Assembly (NCBI GenBank): GCA_964016885.1
Contig: OZ024743.1
Location: 339,016,001-339,080,000, forward strand
Source of the DNA: Eledone cirrhosa
Taxonomy: Eukaryota
DNA: 64,000 nt
Reading direction: 5' to 3'
Under the pieces are notes generated by a model. The model had not been told where the DNA came from. It searched no databases and saw nothing but the letters and a program-made list of their open reading frames with translations. Made by a program: the position numbers and the translations under genes. Of this stretch, positions 11,201 to 24,400 are shown piece after piece. Numbering within the stretch: the stretch's first letter is position 1; every line of letters starts with the position of its first letter.

Positions 11201-14200
11201 AGGCCAGAGGCTGTCACTAACTAGTTAGACAACAGGCTGTCACTAACTAGTTAGACCACAGACTGACTAACTAGTTAGACCACAGACTGTCACTAATTAG
11301 TTAGACCACAGGCTGTAACTAGTTAAACCACAGACTGTCACTAACTAGTTAGACCACAGACTGTCTCTATCTAGTAAGACCACACACTCTCACTAACTAG
11401 TTAAACCACAGATTGTCACTAACTAGTTAGACCACAAACTGTCATTAACTAGTTAGACCACAATCTGTCACTAACTAGTTAGACCACATATTGTCACTAA
11501 CTAGTTAGACCAAAGGCTGTAAATAGACCACAGGCTGTAACTAGTTAGACCGCAGTCTGTCACTAAGTAGTTAAACCACAGGCTGTCAGTAACTAGTTCG
11601 ACCACATACTGTCAGTAACTAGTTAGACCGCAGACTGTCACTAAATAGTTAGACCACAGTTTATCACTAACTAGTTAGACCACAGGCTATCACTAGTTAA
11701 ACAACAGGCTGTCACTACCTAGTTAGACCACAGATTGTCACTAAGTAGTTAAACCACAGGCTATCACTAAGTAATGAAACCACAGACTGTCATTAACTAG
11801 TTAGACCACAGGCTGTAACTAGTTAAACCACAGACTGTCACTAAATAGTTAAACCACAAACTGTCACTAACTAGTTAGACCACAATCTGTCACTAACTAC
11901 TGAGACCACAGTTTGTCACTAACTTGTTAGACCACAGAGTGTCACTAACTAGTTAGACCACAGATTGTCACTAACTAGTTAGACCGCAGGATGTCACTAA
12001 GTAGTTAAACCACAAGCTGTCACTAACTAGTTCGACCACAGAATGTCACTAACTAGTTAGACCACAGGCTGTCACTAGTTAAACAACAGGCTGTCACTAA
12101 CTAGTTAGACTAGAGGCAGTAGCTAGTTAAACCACAGACTGTCACTAACTAGATAGACCAAACTCTGTCACTGACTAGTTACACCACAGGCTGTCACTAA
12201 GTAGTTAAACCACAGCCTGTCACTATCTAGTTACACCACAGACTCACTAACAAGTTAGACCAGAGGCAGTCACTAACTAGTTAGACCAGAGTGTGTCCTT
12301 AACTAGTTAGACCAGAGGCTGTCACTAAATAGTTAAACCACAGACTGTCATTAACTAGTTAAACCGCAGGCTGTCACTAACTAGTTAGACCAAACACTGT
12401 CACTTACTAGTTAGACCACAGACTGACACTAACTAGTTAGAGCCCCGGTTATCACTAACTAGTTAGACCACAGATTCACTAACTAGTTATACCAGAAGCT
12501 GTCCTTAACTAGTTAGACTAGAGGCTGTAACTAGTTAAACCACAGACTGTCACTAACTAGTTAGACCACAGAATGTCACGAACTAGTTAGACCACAGGCT
12601 GTCAATAGTTAAACAACAGGCTGTCACTAACTAGTTAGACCAGAGGCTGTAGCTAGTTAAACCACAGACTGTCACTAACTAGATTGACCAAACTCTGTCA
12701 CTGACTAGTTACACCACAGGCTGTCACTAAGTAGTTAAACCACAGCCTGTCACTATCTAGTTACACCACAGACTCACTAACAAGTTAGACCAGAGGCAGT
12801 CACTAACTAGTTAGACCAGAGAGTGTCCTTAACTAGTTAGACTAGAGGCTGTCACTAAATAGTTAAACCACAGACTGTCATTAACTAGTTAGACCGCAGA
12901 CTGTCACTAACTAGTTAGACGAAACACTGTCACTTACTAGTTAGACCACAGACTGACACTAACTAGTTAGAGTCCCGGTTATCACTAACTAGTTAGACCA
13001 CAGATTCACTAACTAGTTATACCAGAAGCTGTCCTTAACTAGTTAGACCAGAGGCTGTAACTAGTTAAACCACAGACTGTCACTAACTAGTTAGACCACA
13101 GACTGTCGCTATCTAGTAAGACCACACACTCTCACTAACTAGTTAAACCACAGATTGTCACTAACTAGTTAGACCACAAACTGTCATTAACTAGTTAGAC
13201 CACAATCTGTCACTAACTAGTTAGACCACATATTGTCACTAACTAGTTAGACCAAAGGCTGTAAATAGTTAGACCACAGGCTGTAACTAGTTAAACCGCA
13301 GTCTGTCACTAAGTAGTTAAACCACAGGCTGTCAGTAACTAGTTCGACCACATACTGTCAGTAACTAGTTAGACCACAGACTGTCTCTATCTAGTAAGAC
13401 CACACACTCTCACTAACTAGTTAAACCACAGATTGTCACTAACTAGTTAGACCACAAACTGTCATTAACTAGTTAGACCACAATCTGTCACTAACTAGTT
13501 AGACCACATATTGTCACTAACTAGTTAGACCAAAGGCTGTAAATAGTTAGACCACAGGCTGTAACTAGTTAGACCGCAGTCTGTCACTAAGTAGTTAAAC
13601 CACAGGCTGTCAGTAACTAGTTCGACCACATACTGTCAGTAACTAGTTAGACCGCAGACTGTCACTAAATAGTTAGACCACAGTTTATCACTAACTAGTT
13701 AGACCACAGGCTATCACTAGTTAAACAACAGGCTGTCACTACCTAGTTAGACCACAGATTGTCACTAAGTAGTTAAACCACAGGCTATCACTAAGTAATG
13801 AAACCACAGACTGTCATTAACTAGTTAGACCACAGGCTGTAACTAGTTAAACCACAGACTGTCACTAAATAGTTAAACCACAAACTGTCACTAACTAGTT
13901 AGACCACAATCTGTCACTAACTACTGAGACCACAGTTTGTCACTAACTTGTTAGACCACAGAGTGTCACTAACTAGTTAGACCACAGATTGTCACTAACT
14001 AGTTAGACCGCAGGATGTCACTAAGTAGTTAAACCACAAGCTGTCACTAACTAGTTCGACCACAGAATGTCACTAACTAGTTCGACCACAGGCTGTCACT
14101 AGTTAAACAACAGGCTGTCACTAACTAGTTAGACTAGAGGCAGTAGCTAGTTAAACCACAGACTGTCACTAACTAGATAGACCAAACTCTGTCACTGACT

Positions 14201-17200
14201 AGTTACACCACAGTCTGTCACTAAGTAGTTAAACCACAGCCTGTCACTATCTAGTTACACCACAGACTCACTAACAAGTTAGACCAGAGGCAGTCACTAA
14301 CTAGTTAGACCAGAGTGTGTCCTTAACTAGTTAGACCAGAGGCTGTCACTAAATAGTTAAACCACAGACTGTCATTAACTAGTTAGACCGCAGGCTGTCA
14401 CTAACTAGTTAGACCAAACACTGTCACTTACTAGTTAGACTACAGACTGACACTAACTAGTTAGAGCCCCGGTTATCACTAACTAGTTAGACCACAGATT
14501 CACTAACTAGTTATACCAGAAGCTGTCCTTAACTAGTTAGACTAGAGGCTGTAACTAGTTAAACCACAGACTGTCACTAACTAGTTAGACCACAGAATGT
14601 CACGAACTAGTTAGACCACAGGCTGTCAATAGTTAAACAACAGGCTGTCACTAACTAGTTAGACCAGAGGCTGTAGCTAGTTAAACCACAGACTGTCACT
14701 AACTAGATTGACCAAACTCTGTCACTGACTAGTTACACCACAGGCTGTCACTAAGTAGTTAAACCACAGCCTGCCACTATCTAGTTAGACCGCAGACTCA
14801 CTAACAAGTTAGACCAGAGGCAGTCACTAACTAGTTAGACCAGAGAGTGTCCTTAACTAGTTAGACTAGAGGCTGTCACTAAATAGTTAAACCACAGACT
14901 GTCATTAACTAGTTAGACCGCAGACTGTCACTAACTAGTTAGACGAAACACTGTCACTTACTAGTTAGACCACAGACTGACACTAACTAGTTAGAGCCCC
15001 GGTTATCACTAACTAGTTAGACCACAGATTCACTAACTAGTTATACCAGAAGCTGTCCTTAACTAGTTAGACCAGAGGCTGTAACTAGTTAAACCACAGA
15101 CTGTCACTAACTAGTTAGACCACAGACTGTCGCTATCTAGTAAGACCACACACTCTCACTAACTAGTTAAACCACAGATTGTCACTAACTAGTTAGACCA
15201 CAAACTGTCATTAACTAGTTAGACCACAATCTGTCACTAACTAGTTAGACCACATATTGTCACTAACTAGTTAGACCAAAGGCTGTAAATAGTTAGACCA
15301 CAGGCTGTAACTAGTTAAACCGCAGTCTGTCACTAAGTAGTTAAACCACAGGCTGTCAGTAACTAGTTCGACCACATACTGTCAGTAACTAGTTAGACCG
15401 CAGACTGTCACTAAATAGTTAGACCACAGTTTATCACTAACTAGTTAGACCACAGGCTATCACTAGTCAAACAACAGGCTGTCACTACCTAGTTAGACCA
15501 CAGATTGTCACTAAGTAGTTAAACCACAGGCTATCACTAAGTAATGAAACCACAGACTGTCATTAACTAGTTAGACCACAGGCTGTAACTAGTTAAACCA
15601 CAGACTGTCACTAAATAGTTAAACCACAAACTGTCACTAACTAGTTAGACCACAATCTGTCACTAACTACTGAGACCACAGTTTGTCACTAACTTGTTAG
15701 ACCACAGAGTGTCACTAACTAGTTAGACCACAGATTGTCACTAACTAGTTAGACCGCAGGATGTCACTAAGTAGTTAAACCACAAGCTGTCACTAACTAG
15801 TTCGACCACAGAATGTCACTAACTAGTTAGACCACAGGCTGTCACTAGTTAAACAACAGGCTGTCACTAACTAGTTAGACTAGAGGCTGTAGCTAGTTAA
15901 ACCACAGACTGTCACTAACTAGATAGACCAAACTCTGTCACTGACTAGTTACACCACAGGCTGTCACTAAGTAGTTAAACCACAGCCTGTCACTATCTAG
16001 TTACACCACAGACTCACTAACAAGTTAGACCAGAGGCAGTCACTAACTAGTTAGACCAGAGTGTGTCCTTAACTAGTTAGACCAGAGGCTGTCACTAAAT
16101 AGTTAAACTACAGACTGTCATTAACTAGTTAGACCGCAGGCTGTCACTAACTAGTTAGACCAAACACTGTCACTTACTAGTTAGACTACAGACTGACACT
16201 AACTAGTTAGAGCCCCGGTTATCACTAACTAGTTAGACCACAGATTCACTAACTAGTTATACCAGAAGCTGTCCTTAACTAGTTAGACTAGAGGCTGTAA
16301 CTAGTTAAACCACAGACTGTCACTAACTAGTTAGACCACAAACTGTCATTAACTAGTTAGACCACAATCTGTCACTAACTAGTCAGACCACAGGTTGTCA
16401 TTAACTAGTTAGACTACAGGCTGCCACTAAGTAATTAACCACAGGCTGTCACTAAATAGTTAGACCACAGGCTGTCACTAGTTAAACAACAGGCTGTCAC
16501 TACCTAGTTAGACCAAAGATTGTCACTAACTAGTTAAACCGCAGGCTATCACTTAGTAGTTAAACCACAGACTGTCATTAACTAGTTAGACCACATGCTG
16601 TAACTAGTTAGACCACGGAGTGTCACTAAATAGTTAAACCACAAACTTTCACTAACTAGTTAGACCACAATCTGTCACTAACTAGTTAGACCACAGACTG
16701 ACACTAACTAGTTAGACCACAGATTGTCACTAACTAGTTAGACCGCAGGCTATCACTGAGTAGTTAAACCACAGGCTGTCACTAACTAGTTCGACCGCAG
16801 ACTGTCATTAACTAGTTAGATCATAAACTCAGTAACTAGTTAGACCAAAGATTGTCACTAACTAGTTAGAAAACAGGCTGTCACTAGTTAAACAACAGGC
16901 TGTCACTAACTAGTTAGACCACACACTGTCACTAACTAGTTAGGCCAGAGGCTGTAACTAGTTAAACCACAGACTGTCACTAACTAGATAGACCACAGAC
17001 TGTCACTAACTAGTTAGACCACATACTGTCACTAACTAGTTAGAACACCGACTCCCTAACTAGTTACACCAGAGGCTATCACTAACTAGTTAGACCACAA
17101 ACTGTCTCTAACTAGTTAGACCACAGACTCTCATTAACTAGTTAGACCACAGGTTGTAACTAGTTAGACCAGATACTGTCACTAACTAGTTAGACCAGAG

Positions 17201-18495
17201 GCTGTCACTAACTAGTTAGACCACCGACTGTCACTAACTAGTTACACAACAAACTCACTTAGTTAACCAGAGACTGTCACTAAATAGTTAGACCACAGGC
17301 TGTAACTAGTTAGACCAGAGGCTGTCACTAACTAGTTAGACCAGAGACTGTCTCTATCTTGTTAGACCATAAACTGTCTCTAACTAGTTAGACCACAGAC
17401 TGTCACTAACTATTTAAACCACAGACTGTCACTAACTAGTTAGACCACAGATTTTCATTAAGTAGTCAGACCAGAGGCTGTAACTAGTTAAACCACAGAC
17501 TGTCACTAACTAGATAGACCAAATTCTGTCACTGACTAGTTTGACCACAGGCTGTCACTAAGTAGTTAAACCACAGACTGTCACTATCTAGTTAGACCAC
17601 AGACTCACTAACAAGTTAGACCAGAGGCAGTCACTAACTAGTTAGACCAGAGACTTATTTAATTAGTTAGACTAGAGGCTCTCAGTAATTAGTTAAACCA
17701 CAGATTGTCTAACATGTTAGACCACAAACTGTCACTAACTAGTAAGACCACAGATTGTCCCTAACTAGTTAGACCGCAGGATGTCACTAACTAGTTAGAC
17801 AAAACACAGTCACTAACTAGTTAGACCACAGACTGACACTAACTAGTTAGAGCACCGGCTATCACTAACTAGTTAGACCACAGACTCACTAACTAGTTAT
17901 ACCAGAGGCTGTCCTTAACTAGTTAGACTAGATGCTGTCACTAAATAGTTAAACCACAGACTGTCACTAACTAGTTAGACCACAGGTTGTAACATGTTAG
18001 ACCACAAACTGTCACTAACTAGTAAGACCACAGATTGTCCCTAACTAGTTAGACCACAGATTTTCACTAACTAGTTAGACCAGAGACTGTCACTAACTAG
18101 TTAGACCGTAGACTGTCATTAACTAGTTAGAAAACAGGCTCTAACTAGTTAGACGACAGGCTACCACTAACAAGTTGAACCACAGGTTGTCACGAAATAG
18201 TTAGACCACAAACTGTCACTAACTAGTTAGACCACAGACTATCAATAACTAGTTAGACCACAGACTGTCACTAACTAGTGAGACCAGAGGCTGCCACTAA
18301 CTAGTTAGAACACAGGCTGTCACTAACTAGTTATACAACAAACTGTAACTAGTTAGACCATATGGCTGTAACTAGTTAAACCACAGACTGTCACTAACTA
18401 GTTAGACTACAAACTCTAACAAACTAGTTAGACCACAGACTGTCACTAACTAGTTAGACCACAGATTGTCACTAACTACTTAGACCACAGACTGT
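8262..18495 (+). repeat. Satellite A array 1: 26-bp monomer GACCACAGACTGTCACTAACTAGTTA (22-bp variant lacking CACT)
   Basis: Degenerate units at 8262-8505, then a homogeneous array ~10505-18495. Each unit contributes the 12-bp palindrome CTAACTAGTTAG. Confidence 0.97.
8508..10497 (+). mobile_element. 5'-truncated, frameshifted RTE-clade LINE inserted in satellite A
   Basis: RT motifs YKGKGD, QFGF, FVDLEKAFDRV, GVHQ.SVLS; C-terminal RRLCWYGHVM; (GAT)n-type 3' end. Confidence 0.9.
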
Positions 18496-21400
18496 TATCA
18501 TGTGTCTCAGAACATAGCTACTTTTATATCATTATCTCGTAACATATGTATTTTTATATCATGTATCGCAGAACATGGGTACTTTTATATCATGTATCTC
18601 GGAAAATTGGTACTTTTATATCATGTATCTCGGAACATTGGTACTTTTATATCATGTACCTCAGAACATTGGTACTTTTATATCATGTATCTCGGAATTT
18701 TGGTACTTTTATATCATGGTTCTCGGAACATTGGTACTGTTTTATCATGGTTCTCGGAACGTAGTTACTTTTATATCATTTTATATCATGTATCGCAGAA
18801 TATAGGTACCTTTATATCAAGTATCTCGGAAAATTGGTACTTCTATATCATGTATCTCGGAACATAAGTACTTTTATATTATTTATTTCGGAACATAGCT
18901 ACTTTTATATCATGTATCTCAGAACATAGCTACTTTTATATCATGTGTCTCAGAACATAGGTACATTTCTATCATGTATCTCGGAACATAGGTAGTTTTA
19001 TATCATGTATCTCGGAACATTGGTATTTTATATCATGTATCTCGGAACATAGGTACTTTTAGCTCATATGTCTCGGAATATTGGTACTTTCATATCATGT
19101 ATCGCAGAACATAGGCACTTTTATATCATGTATCTCAGAACATAGCTACTTTTATATCATGTATCTCAGAACATAGCTACTTTTATGTCATGTGTCTCAG
19201 AACATAGGTATATTTATATCATGTGTCCGGAAAATTGTTAATTGGATATCATGTGTCTCATCACATAGCTACTTTTGTATCATGTATCTCAGAACATAGC
19301 TACTTTTATATCATGTATCTCGGAATATAGGTACTTTTATATCATATGTCTCGGAACATAGGTACATTTATATCATGTGTCTCGGAACATAGCTACTCTT
19401 ATATCATGTATCTCGGAACATAGGTACTTTTATGTCATGTGTCTCAGAACATAGCTACATTTATATCATGTATCTGGGAACATTGGTAAATTTATATAAT
19501 GAATCTCGTAACATAGATACTTTTATATCTTCTGTCTTCGAACATAGCTACTTCTATATCATGTATCTCGGAATATTGGTACTTTTATATCATGTATCTT
19601 AGAACATAGGTACTTTTATAGCATGTATCTCGGAACATTGGGACTTTTATATCATGTATCTCAGAACATAGCTACTTTTATATCATGTATCTCGGAATAT
19701 AGGTACTTTTATATCATGTATCTCAGAACATAGGCACTTTTATATCATCTATCTCGGAACATAGGCACTTTTATATAATGTATCTCATAACATAGCTACT
19801 TTTATATCATGTCTCAGAACATAGCAACTTTTATATCATGTATCTCGGAACATAGGCACTTTTATATCATGTATCTCATAACATAGCTACTTTTATATCA
19901 TGTGTCTCGGAATATTGGTACTTTTATGTCATGTCTCATAACATAGCTAATTTTATATCTTGTATCTCGGAACATTGGTACTTTTATATCATGTGTCTCA
20001 TAACATAGCTACTTTTATATCATGTATCTCGGAACATAGCTACTTTTATATCATGTGTTTCAGTACATAGCTACCTTTATATCTTGTATCTCGGAACATT
20101 GGTACTTTTATATCATAAGTACTTTTATATCATCTATCTCGGAAAATAGGTACTTTTATATCATGTATCTCGGAACCTAGGTACGTTTATATCATATCTC
20201 TCGGAACCTAGGTACTTTTATATCATGTGTCTCGGAATATTGGTACTTTTATCTCATATGTCTCGGAACATTGGTACTTTTATATCATGTATCTCAGAAC
20301 ATAGGTACTTTTATACCATGAATCTCGGAACATTGGTACTTTTATATCATGTGTCTCAGAACATAGCTACTTTTATATCATGTGTCTCAGAATATAGCTA
20401 CTTTTATATCATGTGTCTCATAACAGCTTCTTTTATATCATGTGTCTCGGAACATTTGTACTTATATATCATTTATCTCAGAACATAGGTACTTTTATAT
20501 CATGTATCTCGGAACACTGGTACTTTTCTATCATGTATCTCGGAATATTGATACTTTTATATCATGTGTCTCGGATAATTGGTACTTTTATATCATGTAT
20601 CTCGGAACATTGGTATTTTCATATCATGTATATCGGAACATAGGTACTTTTATATCATGTGTCTCAGAACATTGGTACTTTTATATCATGTATCTCGGAA
20701 CATTGGTACTTTTATATCATCTCTTTCGCAACATAGGTACTTTTATATCATGTATCTCGGAAAATTGGTACTTTTATATCATGTATCTCGGAACATTGGT
20801 ACTTTCATATCATGTATCTCGGAAAATTGGTACCTTTATATCATGTATCTCAGAACATAGCTACTTCTATATCATGTGTCTCAGAACATAGCTACTTTTA
20901 TATCATGCATCTCAGACATAGGTACTTTTATATTATGTATCTCGGAACATAGCTACTTTTATATCATGTGTTTCGGAACATAGGTATTTTATATCATGTG
21001 TCTCGGAACATAGCTGCTTTCATATCACATGTCTCAGAACATAGGTATTTTATATCATGTCTCAGAACATAGGTAAATTTCTATCATGTATCTCGGAACA
21101 TAGGTATTTTATATCATGTATCTCGGAACATTGGTACTTTTATATCATGTATCTCGGAACATTGGTACTTTTATATAATGTATCTCGGAACATTGGTACT
21201 TTTATATCATGTATCTCGGAATTTTGGTACTTTTATATCATGGTTCTCGGAACATTGGTACTGTTTTATCATGGTTCTCGGAACGTAGTTACTTTTATAT
21301 CATGTAAATATCATGTTTATATCATTTTATATCATGTATCGCAGAATATAGGTACTTTTATATCAAGTATCTCGGAAAATTGGTACTTCTATATCATGTA

Positions 21401-24400
21401 TCTCGGAACATAAGTACTTTTATATTATTTATTTCGGAACATAGCTACTTTTATATCATGTGTCTCAGAACATAGGTACATTTCTATCATGTATCTCGGA
21501 ACATAGGTAGTTTTATATCATGTATCTCGGAACATTGGTATTTTATATCATGTATCTCGGAACATAGGTACTTTTATCTCATGTGTCTCGGAATATTGGT
21601 ACTTTTATATCATGTGTCACAGAACATAGCTACTTTTATGTCATGAGTCTCAGAACATAGTTACTTTTATATCATGTGTCCGGAAAATTGTTTATTTGAT
21701 ATCATGTGTCTCATCACATAGCTACTTTTGTATCATCTATCTCAGAACATAGCTACTTTCATATCATGTATCTCTGAATATAGGTACTTTTATATCATGT
21801 ATCTCAGAACATAGGCACTTTTATATCATCTATCTCGGAACATAGGTACATTTATATCATGCGTCTCGGAACATAGCTACTCTTATATCATGTATCTCGG
21901 AACATAGGTACTTTTATGTCATGTGTCTCAGAACATAGCTACATTTATATCATGTATCTGGGAACATTGGTAAATTTATATAATGAATCTCGTAACATAG
22001 ATACTTTTATATCTTCTGTCTTGGAACATAGCTACTTTTATATCATGTATCTCGGAATATTGGTACTTTTATATCATGTATCTTAGAACATAGGTACTTT
22101 TATAGCATGTATCTCGGAACATTGGGACTTTTATAGCATGTATCTCAGAACATAGCTACTTTTATATCATGTATCTCGGAATATAGGTACTTTTATATCA
22201 TGTATCTCAGAACATAGGCACTTTTATATCATCTATCTCGGAACATAGGCACTTTTATATAATGTATCTCATAACATAGCTACTTTTATATCATGTCTCA
22301 GAACATAGCAACTTTTATATCATGTATCTCGGAACATTGGTACTTTTATATCATGTATCTCATAACATAGCTACTTTTATATCATGTATCTCATAACATA
22401 GCTACTTTTATATCATGTGTCTCGGAATATTGGTACTTTTATGTCATGTCTCATAACATAGCTAATTTTATATGTTGTATCTCGGAACATTAGTACTTTT
22501 ATGTCATGTGTCTCAGTACATAGCTACTTTTATATCATGTATCTCGGAACATAGCTACTTTTATATCATGTGTCTCATAACATAGCTACTTTTATATCAT
22601 CTATCTCGGAACATAGCTACTTTTATATCATGTGTCTCGGAATATTGGTACTTTTATGTCATGTCTCATAACATAGCTGATTTTATATCTTGTATCTCGG
22701 AACATTGGTACTTTTATGTCATGTGTCTCAGTACATAGCTACTTTTATATCATGCATCTCGGAACATAGCTACTTTTATATCATGTGTCTCATAACATAG
22801 CTACTTTTATATCATGTATCTCGGAACATAGCTACTTTTATATCATGTGTCTCAGTACATAGCTACTTTTATATCATGCATCTCGGAACATTGGTACTTT
22901 TATAACGTGTGTCTCAGTACGTTGGTACTTTTATATCATGTATTTCGGAACATAGGTACTTTTATATCATTATTTCGGAACATAAGTATTTATATATCAT
23001 CTATCTCAGAACATAGGTACTTTTATATTATGTATCTCGGAAAATTTGTACTTTTATATGATGTATCTCGGAACCTAGGTACGTTTATATCATCTCGCTC
23101 GGAACCTAGGTAATTTTATATCATGTGTCTCGGAATATTGGTACTTTTATCTCATGTGTCTCGGAACATTGGTACTTTTATACCATGAATCTCGGAACAT
23201 TGGTACTTTTATATCATGTGTCTCAGAACATAACTACTTTTATATCATACATCTCGGAACATAGGTACTTTTATATCATGTGTCTCATAACATAGCTTCT
23301 TTTATATCATGTGTCTCGGAACATTTGTACTTATATATCATTTATCACAGAACATAGGTACTTTTCTATCATGTATCTCGGAATATTGATACTTTTATAT
23401 CATGTGTCTCGGATAATTGGTACTTTTATATCATGTGTCTCAGAACATTGGTACTTTTATATCATGTATCTTAGAACATAGGTACTTTTATATCATGAAT
23501 CTCGGAACATTGGTACTTTTATATCATGTATCTCAGAACATAGCTACTTTTATATCATGTATCTCGGAACATAGCTACTTTTATATCATGTGTCTCGGAA
23601 TATTGGTAATTTTATATCATATGTCTCAGAACATAGCTACTTTTATATCATGCATCTCGAAACGTTGGTACCTTTATATCATATGTCTCAGAACATAGCT
23701 ACTTTTATATCATGTATCTCCGAATATTGGTACTTTTATATCATGTATCTCGGAACATAGGTACTTTTATATCATGTATTTCGTAAAATAGGTACTTTTA
23801 TATCATGTATCTCCGAACATTGGTACTTTTATATCATGGATCTCGGGTCATAGGTACTTTTATATCATGTATTTCGGAACATAGGTACTTTTATATCATG
23901 TGTCTCAGAACATAGTTACTTTTATACCATGTGTCATGGAATATTGGTACTTTTATGTCATGTGTCTCAGAACATAGCTACTTTTATATCATGTGTCTCG
24001 GAAAATTGGTAATTTTATATCATGTGTCTCATAACATAGCTACTTTTATATCATGTACCTCGGAAGATAGGTACTTTTATATCATGTATCTCGGAACTCA
24101 GGTACTTTTATATATTGTATCTCGGAAAATTGGTACTTCTATATCATGTATCTTGGAACATAAGTACTTTTATATTATTTATTTCGGAACATAGCTACTT
24201 TTATATCATGTATCACCGAACATAGGTACTGTTATATCATGTGTCTCAGAACATTGGTAGTTTTATATCATGTATCTCAGAACATAGCTATTTTATATCA
24301 TGTGTCTCTGAATATTTGTACTTTTATGTCATATGTCTCGGAGAATTGGTAATTTTATATCATGTGTCTCAGAACATAGCTACTTTTATATCATGTGTCT

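Noticed and set aside
390-18495. Kinetochore-assembly co-chaperone gene next to centromere-like satellites
   Set aside because: No mechanistic link visible; adjacency is most simply coincidence.
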